This document shows positions 8,901 to 20,900 of a stretch of DNA of 64,000 bases, in pieces. Within the stretch, counting starts at the first letter, position 1. Each line of letters starts with the position of its first letter. The DNA is from Macrostomum hystrix. Its lineage: Eukaryota; Animalia; Platyhelminthes. The notes below the pieces were generated by a model. The model did not search any database, was not told the DNA's origin, and was given only the letters and a program-made list of their open reading frames with translations. Position numbers and translations under genes: made by a program. The DNA is taken from the NCBI GenBank assembly GCA_950097015.1, contig CATNEN010000012.1, positions 2,728,001-2,792,000 on the forward strand, read 5' to 3'.

Positions 8901-11900
8901 TTTGAATGATCCCGAAGTCGAGGCGGCGGCCGCCAAAATCCAGGCTGGCTTCAAGGGCTACAAAACTCGCAAGGAGCTGCTGGAGAAGAAGCATGACCAG
9001 CCTGAGGCCTCAAATAAGGAGTCTGTGAGTACTTTGAGTGGCCTGTCGTTTCCTATTGAGAATAGCTGCTGATTGATCTGAGGATAGCTGTTTATTGATC
9101 TAAGTATAGCTACTGATTGATCTGAGGATAGCTGCTGATTGATCTGAGGATAGCTGCTGATTGATCTGAGGATAGCTGCTGATTGATCTGAGGATAGCTG
9201 CTGATCGATCTGAGAATATCTGCTGATCGATCTGAGAATAGCTGCTGGTTGATCTGAGAATATCTGCTGATCGATCTGAGAATAGCTGCTGATCGATCTG
9301 AGAATATCTGCTGATCGATCTGAGAATAGCTGCTGGTTGATCTGAGAATATCTGCTGATCGATCTGAGAATAGCTGCTGGTTGATCTGAGAATATCTGCT
9401 GATCGATCTGAGAATAGCTGCTGATCGATCTGAGAATATCTGCTGATCGATCTGAGAATAGCTGCTGGTTGATTATGTCATATTTTATGACATTTCGCAA
9501 AAGTGCAAAGCCAGTGAGCACCAAGTGTCCAAGAAATCTACACTGGTGTTCTGTTAGACGTCTTGTCTTTGAGGCGAGTGAATAAAAATAGAATATATTT
9601 CTAGAATGAAAACGACGTGACATATGTGCTAAATGTAAGGAAGATATTTCCCGAACTAAACTTTTTTCTAAGAAGTGCAATGAATTGATGCATTGCGTAC
9701 GCATTGCCAGCTGTAGCCGGTTTGCATTCGGTGTCTCCTCTTCAGTGGGACCGCACTTGGGTGAACACAGGAGAAGGAATATTGTGCGTATCCTCTCTCT
9801 GGCTCTCTTGCTTCTATCGGGAAAGCATTCTGGCCAACAACCGTATTTTCTACCCGTGACCAAAGCTTTGTACTTGAATCGCACGACACTTCTTTCGCCG
9901 TCCAATTGAGCCACTCGTTGATTGATTTGCTGATAGAAAAAACTGTGCTGCATTGTCAAAGTATCAGCCTACAAAGCCTTGACATTTCTTCTCAAATGAG
10001 CCTGACTTTCATAGACTTGAGAGTTTTCGATGCAGCGATTTGAAACTCTTGTCTTGGTCACCTATAGGCGAGAAGTTTGTCAGAAATCCTTGTCCCTTAT
10101 GCAATACTTGTAGAAGCGTTATAAAGTTGAAACATTATTCTAACTATTTAAATTAAAATATGATTCTTAAATGCAATTTTTTTACTTAGGGGGTGAAAAG
10201 GAGTCGCCGAAAAATTAATAATTCACAGCATAGCTATTTTTCAATTTCGTTTCTACTAACGACTACTTGTAAGTAGCGAGTAGCGAGTAGCGAGCTTTTC
10301 TTTTTGCTGGACTATTTTTTCTATATGAGAAAAAATATAGATGTTTCTACAATTGTTTGTTGCGATGATTGTGAGTAGCTTGGCCTTGAAAAAATTGACA
10401 GTTCTGACAATTTTTTATTAAATACACCTATGTAGTCAAAGGTAACTGAGTTGTGAGTGTAGTTATATTTTTATTTTTCTGCACCTCGTATTTTGGTGAG
10501 TGCTACAAGAGGTGAGTAAAAATAGTGCTGTCTCGCTTTCTACTAGTTTGCCAATTTCTTAAGTTCATCCATTCTTTCTGGCTGTGTGCGCTCGCGCTGT
10601 GAATTGTCATCATTGAATAGCTCACGCAGTGCCATGAGTGTACGCTCGTATGTTATTGCGTTTGTGAGAGGGGTGAAGCGTTGCTTGTTTAAATTGATGC
10701 ATTAAGGCTCATTAGACAAAATGGGCGCTCGCCACAGTCGGGGTGCCACAGGGCAGCGCTCAGAAAAGAGGACACAAAAATCAATAAAATTCTACTCTCT
10801 CTCCCCCTGGCTTTCCTGTCTGACCTTCCCGTCTCTCCCTACCGCAAGGGTTGAGGTTGCTTCGCCTCTCGGGGCAATGTACACTAATCTTAGGCTGAGG
10901 CAATGTACATTAGCCGAGGCTCGTTTTTATTATCTAAGTATCGCTATATGGTCCTGTGGCTTTGTGTCTGTGGATTTCCATTTTGTTTTAATATATTAAT
11001 GCACGCCAAGCAAAAAAGTTGCTTTATTGACATGGTGAACATGTTGTGCCGATTTTATTCTCGCAATAGAAGTAGCAAAGTAGTACTTACGCATATTTTT
11101 GGATATTTATCGTTTCGTTAAAAAATGTTTGTAGGAGAGACCCACTTCAGACGTTGGAGCTGATTAATTCTTGTTACACTATTATTTCCCACTGTACAAA
11201 ATTTCCATGCATGGTGTTGTCTTTGCGAGCGTATTGTGTAACTTGTTTGCGGCTTTAAATCAGTGACCTGTAATAATTCGCAGCTAGCCTACGACTGCAA
11301 TGATCTCGCTCATTGCGCTCATTAAAGTGTTCACCGTATGAACTGCCCGTATTAGGTGCAGGTCTAGCGAAGCTAGGAGTAGTGTAGAGTGTACAATTTG
11401 TAGCATTACGTATGCAGCTGAAGCAGAATCAGTTCACATTTGTATAAATAGTATCTGGCTTACAACATAAGTGTATGCATCGCCTCTCCTTGCCCTTACA
11501 GTAGAATTTGAATGCGAAATTAGCAGTCCCCTAAAAGCAACTGCAGTAATTACTTACGCGCAGTAATATGAAGAGTATAGGGGGGGGCAGAAACAGAGGT
11601 AACCACCAGAGAGCAGAGAGACTGAGTGCGGAGCACTGTGCGCTTGCGGCCCTCTGCCACCGCAGCCGCAAGAAAACAAAACCCCGCCGGTACCGTATTC
11701 CATTCTGCATGGGCCGGATCCAGCGAGCGAGCAAGAAAGGAAAGAGTGGGGAGGAAGAGAGAGAAGAGCAGAGCCGTACACCGCGGGTTTTTGCGCAAAC
11801 AAGCGCTTCGGAAAGCAGCGAGCGACAGCACAGCCCTGTCTCCTTTTAGACCAGACAAAAGTAAGAGCGACAGGACAGAAACCATGTGCTCGGCGGAGCC

Positions 11901-14900
11901 CTAGACGACAGAACTCTGCGACTCAAGTTTAAGCCTCACCGGCTGTAGCGCTTGCATTAATTGGCTCTGCTTTAAATAGCAGAAGACGAAACAGGAGCAC
12001 CAAGAGAGAAAACTAAAAGGGAAGAGGAGTTTTTCAATACAAAAAACCTGCCGACGCAGCTCAGCTCACAGAAGGGAAAGAATTGTTCGCTTGAAGTTGT
12101 GAAACACTTTTCCTACTGCTCCCTAGGCTACGGAAACCCTGGTGGCTGTCTGCTAAACTCGTCCGCAGTCTTAAGCCTTGAGCTCGCAGCGTTCGCCCGC
12201 ACTTGTCTGCAGCCTGGCAGTGCAGCGCCCTCGCAGCAGGGATCGCAGCTATTTCGCTTTCTGCGCTATCGGATTAAGAGCGTTGCTTTTCTTCTCATCT
12301 GCCGGCATAGGTTGCCTTGATGCGCATTTGTACACACTCTGAGGACTAACGCACTGAGAGCGGAAGGTAAACCACAGAAGTTTTCTCTTTTCCTTGCTGC
12401 TAAACTCCTGCGCAAACTCTGCGGCAAGTCGACGGCATTTAAACACATTATATCTCTTCCTCGGCAGCAGAGGTTCTAACTTGAATATTTCATTGTGAAA
12501 CGTCAGTAAGCACCGGCAAGCCATGTTGGGCTGTTTTGGTAGGCGCAAGAAGAAGAACAAGGACGCAGGAAAGTCGGGCGAAAAAAGCAGCGGAGGCAAC
12601 CCTCCCGTGTCGAAGACAAGCGCTTATAATGACAATGATCGCACACGCGCACCTACAGCTCCTGCGGAGTTAAAAGTCGCCGACAAACAGGTGAAACAAC
12701 AACAGCTGGTGACACCCCAGATCAATGCTTTCGAGCAGAATCAAATTCAGCCGGATGGCAGTCCAGCAGAAGTGGCTGAGACAATAACTGTGACCAGATC
12801 CCAGAGCATGCACAATGCTCCGCCGAAAGCTGGCAACATAAAGAAGGCAGCTACTATGAGTCGATACGATTTCCTGCGCAAGCAGGACAATATTAACTAC
12901 GCCGATAGGTGGGCGGCGCTTCGGCAGCGTTACCTGGCAGCAAAGCCTGAGAATGGGAGTGTCGTTAGCGGCGACGCTGGTGGCGGTGGCGGTGGCTCCG
13001 ACTTGCAGCCAGTTAATGGGCCGTTAAAATCGCCCCTGAGAGCTGCAGCAGCGCATTCGCTGCCGCGTCAATTCTCGCCATCATCGGACGGCACGCCATT
13101 GCCAGTGAAATTCTCCGACTGGTTTTACGACCGTCAGACCAGAGAAGCGGAGGCGCGGCGGGAGTTCCACGACAGGGAGGAGCGAATGCTGGTGAGACCG
13201 GATGGTCGATCGAGGTCTCTAGGGGAGAGCATTGGGAAGAGGGATAGACTGGTTGCGTAAAGATTCATTTTCTTGATTTACCTTTAAATAGAGGTTCCTC
13301 TGGTTTTTTTCTTTGATTTGTGTGTTCATGACGTTTTTCTGTCCTTATGACAGTATTTTCTAATGAATCGGGTCATTCGCTTCCACTATTTCGAAGCTAG
13401 AATACTTAACGTATTTAAGTTAAAGTTCCCTTAGCTTAGACATTAAAAAAATCATCCGTGTGTAATGTTGCTTTGTAATTGCTTCGTTAGCCACAATCCA
13501 GTGCATGCTAATGAGGGTCATGAACAGCAGAAAGATCACGCTATTTTTGCCTTGGGAAAACACGTCACGGGGGGGAATTTCAAATACCCACTGCCTACTA
13601 CACGCTAGCTCCCAAACTGAATGACCGATTTTCGTGAAAGTCCTCCATATGGATTAAAATTTTCTGCCCTTTACGATGAACTTTCAAAGCCGTCCGATGT
13701 CAGCATCGTCGAGATATTCAGCGATTCTAGTCGAAGACCCTGTGGGCAAGAACTAGTAACATAGTTATAAGTAAAAAACTTCGATATGGTGAATCCATAT
13801 TGGTTTCAAAAAACTAAAAAATGTACTATTAATCAAACCAAAATAGTCAACAATGATACGCTCGTAGCTGTAGTTTCGGGTTTCATTCAGAACTGCTCTT
13901 GCTCAGAGGACGTGTGCCGACTGTCATTTTGCGCATCTGGGGAGAGGGTCTAGGCATGAGAAAAATGCATTTATTTGAATAAACTGCGAGAAATATTGTA
14001 TTTTAGTTTATTTCGACTTCTAAATCTGCGTCTTTACAAGAGTGCTTTATGCATTAAACCTCCGTGCCTGTCATCTAAACTTTGTTTTCATTCAGCTGTG
14101 GACAAACATGCTAAGCAGAATTACTTTTCAAAATTAAGATTGCGCGGCTTAAAGTCTAACCACTTTTCGTCGCCTGGTCGTCTATCGAGCTGTCACGAAA
14201 ACAAGTTTAGTGGCATAGTTAGTAAACATTCCATATGAAACTTCGCGCACGGACGCACGTGCTGATATCCTCATAGCAACTTGTGTGAGGTATCCAGAGC
14301 TGCTCTGCGTGTAACTTATATCGATTCCTCCACCTTAGTCCTACCTTCGCTCTTGCCTATGATAAAAGGGGTGTGATCGGATTTGTTTAACAAAGCTGGT
14401 ACAACGAAAAACTACTAGTGACAGCTTGCGTTTAGCTTATCACTATACGGCCGGCCGGGCCAGTCGCTACAATCAACGAATTGTTTGCTTTGCACGCATG
14501 TTTTATTTGTCTAGCATAAGCATGGATTCACTGTAGATTCAATGTGAGTATGGATTCTTGCTGTGAAAATTCATTCTCACGAGCACGATCTTCAACATTC
14601 ATGTGTATACAGAAGAGCGTCTCTGTTAATCCATAAAATCATGAATTGTATTTTATACTATCTAAGAATATGCCTAGGTTCTTAGTATCTGAACTTGTTC
14701 AGAAATCTTCGATCTATGAATTGACTTATTTTATTCCCCCTGAATCCGCTCATTTGGACAGAAAATCATCGAGGGCCCCTCGCAGGAGGACCTGGAGGAG
14801 GCGGCAGTGAAGATCCAGGCTGGTTACAAGGGCTACCGGACGCGGAAGGAGATGAAGGCCAGGCGAGAGGTGAGTCTAACTGTCGGTGCTAATCATATTT

Positions 14901-17900
14901 ACTAAATATTTAGCATAAGCTGCTCAGACAACACCAGCTATCATGTTAACTACGCTTCGCTGCCGTATCTTAATTCATAATCTGTCTAACAGTGAAATCT
15001 GTCTAATCTGTCTGTCTATTCTATTCCAATCTGCGTTGCTTTCAGGCCATGAAGGCAGCTCAGGCAGCAGCTCAGGCTAAACAGCCTCTGCAGCCTGTTG
15101 ACAATGCCGCACCTCAGCCTGAGCCAGTCCAAACCGAGACAGGGGGTCAGGAGGGTCCCAATGAGGAGGTAGACATTGATCTAGAAGACCCAGAGGTACA
15201 GGCCGCTGCTGTTAAGATCCAGCGAGGCTGGAGCAGTCACAAGTCTAGGGCTAAGAAAACAGAGGAGCCAGATTCAGCTGAAATAGCCGAAGAGACTGCA
15301 CCTGGGCCTTTTGAAGACCAGAAGAGCAAAGAAGAAGAGGAAGTAGATATCGACTTAGAGGACCCAGAGGTACAGGCCGCTGCTGTTAAGATCCAGAGAG
15401 GTTGGAGCAGCCACAAGTCGAAGACTATGGCTAAGAAGACTGAGGAGACATCCAATGAACCCGTTGAAAGCGAGAAGAACAACGAAGAAGAAAAAGTAGA
15501 TATCGACTTAGAGGACCCGGAGGTGCAGGCTGCCGCAGTCAAGATCCAAAGGGGCTGGAGCAGCCACAAGTCTCGGGCTAAGAGCACTGAGGAGGCAGGT
15601 GCAGCCGAGACTGCCGATGACGTCCCTCAGGAGCCTGCTGATGTCAAGAAAGGGGACAGTGAACAGCAGGAAATAGACATAGATCTGAATGATCCAGAGG
15701 TGCAGGCGGCCGCCATTAAGATTCAGCGCGGCTGGAGTAGTCACAAGTCTCGAGCTGAGACGGAGGACTCAACTCAGTCAAAGGTATTATCCTCGTCATC
15801 AGGTTTACTCACGAACTTTATTTTGGTTTTGACACCGAATAGCTGTTCATTCCTCGATCGATATTAGCTAACAGGCACGAACCCACTAGGCCGAAATAGC
15901 AACCTCAGAAAAATTATCACAGAGTTTAGTCACCTTGCTTTTGATGTGTCATTACTCATAACTTTTGTTGCATTTACGTTTACCCGTCAAGTGCCATTGT
16001 ATGGTTGAAGGAACTCGCATTTATTTATCCGCCTTGCATGAAAATATTCAGTGATCGATGTTATGTAATGCTTTACTCACTATTTATTGCTTTCTTACCA
16101 ATACCGTGGGCAAGGCTGCATGTGGTTTGTACCTAGACCCGTTCGCAGTAACAAAGGAACGTTGAAACCGTGAAACGATTTCTGTTTTCTGGACAGATTT
16201 TCCCTTATTGTGATTGAACCGAGGAACAGTGCTTAATTACTTCAGGCAAATAGTTTAAAGAGATCTGAAATAATTGAAAACTTGTCGAGTCAACAAAAAA
16301 CCCAATCGCTTCACGACGTTAACAAACCATGCCTTTACTACCAAGCGCTCCCGGGTTCAACTCTATATATCGTGCCAGTCGCACAGGCCTCACTAACCTG
16401 GCTGTTACTTTCTGGTTCTCTTTTTAGGCGCAGCAGCTGCAATGAGAAACCCAATTAGTGCTGATTCAGCAAAGCCGCTTGTCAACATGCTCATAGACAT
16501 GCTCATAGATACTAACAATGCTTACTCAAAGCCTTTCCGCGGCAACCTTCTGTGTGTTGTCATTTTTTGGCACGCTTATATACTAAAACATCTCTATGCC
16601 TCATTTGTGCAAGACTTAAACCTATTCTTCCGTAAGCAGTTGAAAATGAGCCAACGGTTTCAGTGTTGGGCACTTGTGCAGTTACCGCCCGCAATGTCTG
16701 CGAAGAAGACAAAATACGATTTCAAATTTCACAATGGCCCAACGCTGTAACAGTTGATGTCTTTTTGTTTAAAATGCGCTATGAACTTAATATCTTCTTC
16801 TTTAACTTTATTTCACTTATGTGCACGTGCCGATATTATAAAGCATTAAGAAATTACTGGTGCACATTTTACACCTGATGAATGACGGACCTATATCAGC
16901 TTATCATTCTTAAATGTTGATTGGTTGGTTGGTCTGTCCACTAAAAGAGCTGGCATCGCTAGTAGACAATGTATTTTTGGACCGGTAATGTCAGTAATGA
17001 CAAATTGATTGTCAAATAAATAACACGAGATACCGATAGAAAGGAGCTAATGATTTTGAACACGCTCAAATTCACGCCAATCTTACATACGATTAAACTT
17101 CCAACACCAGCCAGCAGTAAAGATGTTTGGACACAGTTTCACTGGTTGCTAAATTTAAATCTGACAACTTTAGATGCCAAACCAAATTTCGCATTAACTC
17201 CTACACCAGCTATAACCTTCGGTGGTACAAGCCTTTGAAGTTTTAAAGCGCATATGCTGCAAAATCACGGAAGCCCTATTCGATTTTTATTTCCGGCACT
17301 AACAAGATGTTTCTAAGCGAAGGTGCAAGAACTTTGCCAGTCAGATTAAGTAGAAAATAATTAATATCAGGTGGCTGTGTGCACCTGGCCGCTTCAGCTA
17401 GTTAAATAAGGACTAAGGACCATACACCCGAATTCACGTAGCTGTCCTCATTCCTGTACCGTAGTGTGGCAGCGACCATTCCATCTGTTTTTCTCACCTT
17501 TCTAATACCTTGGCTGGCTAATAGCGTGCATTCGGATGCATAAATACCGTGTTAGTCGGTCCTGGCCTCTCTAATCTGAAGACATTTTATTTAAATAGCT
17601 TGTTTCCGGTGCGCAATTACTTACTGAGCCTGAGGCAGCACTCACGAGTATATAGTAGGCCTGTGCATCAGTCGCTTCTTTCGCAGTTTCGTTCAAACTT
17701 GCATTCGTCGCATTCAATCGACCATCATGAGCGCCTTTTTATGCTGCTTTGGCGACAGAAAGCCCGCCTCGGGCAGGGGGTTGATGGCGAAGCGGGATAA
17801 AAAGGTAAAACACCTTCTTCAAGGCGCGCCAAGCCAAACTCAAACTCAACGATATGCTGATCATCTTGGAATTTTTAATTCCTGTTTCTGAATTTTTGTT

Positions 17901-20900
17901 TAATTGCTAAGTTCAATTTCGAAAACGTTAATTTTAGCTTTTTATCTTTATTTCATTAGTTACTACTCCGGCTCACACCATCTATTAAAACACTAACGCT
18001 CCCCTATTATTGATTTGTGTTATAATTTTCTAAACCTTTTTTTCTCCTTTCAGGGTGACGACGAGGTGCCAGCGGGTGACGCCGAAGCGGCAACTGCCGA
18101 GAAGCCGCATGAGGAGGAGCCAAATGAGAAGCAGCTAGCCGAAAATGCTCAGGTGAATAGAGATCATAAGTACATTGAGTCTAAGATCGTAGAGTTCCAA
18201 ATCACGCTTGTGTTCCTCGTTGAGCCCAGCCAATCAGAAAATAGAAGAGACTAGAATAATCAATAGAGAGACCTGGGCGATACGCATTCGCACGGATTAG
18301 AAGCACTTTAATTTGCATGACTTGAGACGAGGAATAATATTGACTTTTAATTTTACGATTCTTTCAAATTTTATACAGTAACTAGAAAATAACTAGAAAG
18401 GCCCGTTCTATAAAGCTTGCCTATCGCTGTGTTCAAACTCCAATCGCTGAAATTTGCTCTGTCGAGAGAGGAACTTATTTCAAACTTTGCACCAAACCGC
18501 ACCGCAGCCGGAAGCCGCTCAGGACATTGACCTGAACGACCCGGAGCTGGCCCAGGCGGCCACCAAAATCCAGGCCGGCTTCAAGGGCTACCAGACACGC
18601 AAGAAGCTGAAGGATGAGCTGGGCCATCAGGAGGAGCAGCAGGTCGAGGAGCAGCATGAGACTGAGGAAGAGGTAGGTCAATGTTCTATTATCCGAGATG
18701 TTTGACACGAACTAGAGAAGTCTCGGATAGCCAATTAAGCGCTGTGATTTACGATTGTATTGATTGTATTGATTACCAGTTCACGGGGTATCAAAGTAGC
18801 ATGAGGATAAGCATTTGCAAGTAGAATAAATAAATATATCTCTTCTTATAAACCATATTCTAATTAGTGTTTTTCAACTAAAAACTATTTTGCTTACTAA
18901 TATTGCATTTGACGATTCACTGCGTGAATTCTTCATATTCACCTACTCCTCCCACACGCCCCCTTAGCAACAAGTTCCCACAATAGCAGTGCCCGATGCA
19001 TTGCTCAAATTCAATGCCGAGCCCGTCCCATCTCATGAGCAGCCAATTGACGCGAGGGAGACTTTTGGGGCTCAGCATTCACTGACTATTGGCGCCGTAA
19101 ATGAGACTGTGGAAGAGCAAACGGCTGCGTTTGCTGAGAGTTCTCCGGTTGAGAAGACTGAGGAGGATGAGACAACGACTAAAAAGACTATTAAAGAGGC
19201 CATATTAAAAAAACTGACAGTCGAAGAGGAAGCTACCGAGAAGGTCGAAACCTTGGAAGAGGAAGCCACCGAGATGGTCGAAAGCGTGGAAGAATCAGCA
19301 ACCGAGAAGGTCGAAAGCGTGGAAGAATCAGCTACCGAGATCGTCGAAAGCGTGGAAGAATCAGCTACCGAGAAGGTCGAAAGCGTGAAAGAATCAGCAA
19401 CCGAGAAGGTCGAAAGCGTGGAAGAATCAGCAACCGAGAAGGTCGAAAGCGTGGAAGAATCAGCTACCGAGATGGTCGAAAGCGTGGAAGAATCAGCAAC
19501 CGAGAAGGTCGAAAGCGTGGAAGAATCAGCAACCGAGATGGTCGAAAGCGTGAAAGAATCAGCTACCGAGATGGTCGAAAGCGTGAAAGAATCAGCTACC
19601 GAGATGGTCGAAAGCGTGGAAGAATCAGCCACCGAGATGGTCGAAAGCGTGGAAGAATCAGCAACCGAGAAGGTCGAAAGCGTGAAAGAATCAGCAACCG
19701 AGAAGGTCGAAAGCGTGAAAGAATCAGCTACCGAGATGGTCGAAAGCGTGGAAGAATCAGCTACCGAGATGGTCGAAAGCGTGGAAGAATCAGCCACCGA
19801 GATGGTCGAAAGCGTGGAAGAATCAGCCACCGAGATGGTCGAAAGCGTGGAAGAATCAGCCACCGAGATGGTCGAAAGCGTGGAAGAATCAGCCACCGAG
19901 ATGGTCGAAAGCGTGGAAGAATCAGCCACCGAGATGGTCGAAAGCGTGGAAGAATCAGCCACCGAGATGGTCGAAACCGTGAAAGAATCAGCTACCGAGA
20001 TGGTCGAAAGCTTAGAAGAATCAGCTACCGAGATGGTCGAAAGCGTGGAAGAATCAGCAACCGCGAAGGTCGAAAGCGTGGAAGAATTAGCTACCGAGAT
20101 GGTCGAAAGCGTGGAAGAATCAGCTACCGAGATGGTCGAAAGCGTGGAAGAATCAGCTACCGAGATGGTCGAAAGCGTGGAAGAATCAGCCACCGAGATG
20201 GTCGAAAGCGTGAAAGAATCAGCTACCGAGATGGTCGAAAGCTTAGAAGAATCAGCCACCGAGATGGTCGAAAGCGTGGAAGAATCAGCAACCGAGAAGG
20301 TCGAAAGCGTGAAAGAATCAGCAACCGAGAAGGTCGAAAGCGTGAAAGAATCAGCTACCGAGAAGGTCGAAAGCGTGGAAGAATCAGCCACCGAGATGGT
20401 CGAAAGCGTGGAAGAATCAGCCACCGAGATGGTCGAAAGCGTGGAAGAATCAGCCACCGAGATGGTCGAAAGCGTGGAAGAATCAGCCACCGAGATGGTC
20501 GAAAGCGTGGAAGAATCAGCCACCGAGATGGTCGAAACCGTGAAAGAATCAGCTACCGAGATGGTCGAAAGCTTAGAAGAATCAGCCACCGAGATGGTCG
20601 AAAGCGTGGAAGAATCAGCTACCGAGATGGTCGAAAGCGTGGAAGAATCAGCTACCGAGATGGTCGAAAGCGTGGAAGAATCAGCTACCGAGATGGTCGA
20701 AAGCGTAGAAGAATCAGCTACCGAGATGGTCGAAAGCGTGAAGAATCAGCTACCGAGATGGTCGAAAGCGTGAAGAATCAGCAACCGAGAAGGTCGAAAG
20801 CGTGAAAGAATCAGCTACCGAGAAGGTCGAAAGCGTGGAAGAATCAGCTACCGAGATGGTCGAAAGCGTGGAAGAATCAGCAACCGAGATGGTCGAAAGC

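Noticed and set aside
7174-8994. Long FPEVYS / TLQGMS ORFs on both strands
   Set aside because: They are translations of the 18-bp intronic satellite. Only 8893-9024 is a real exon.
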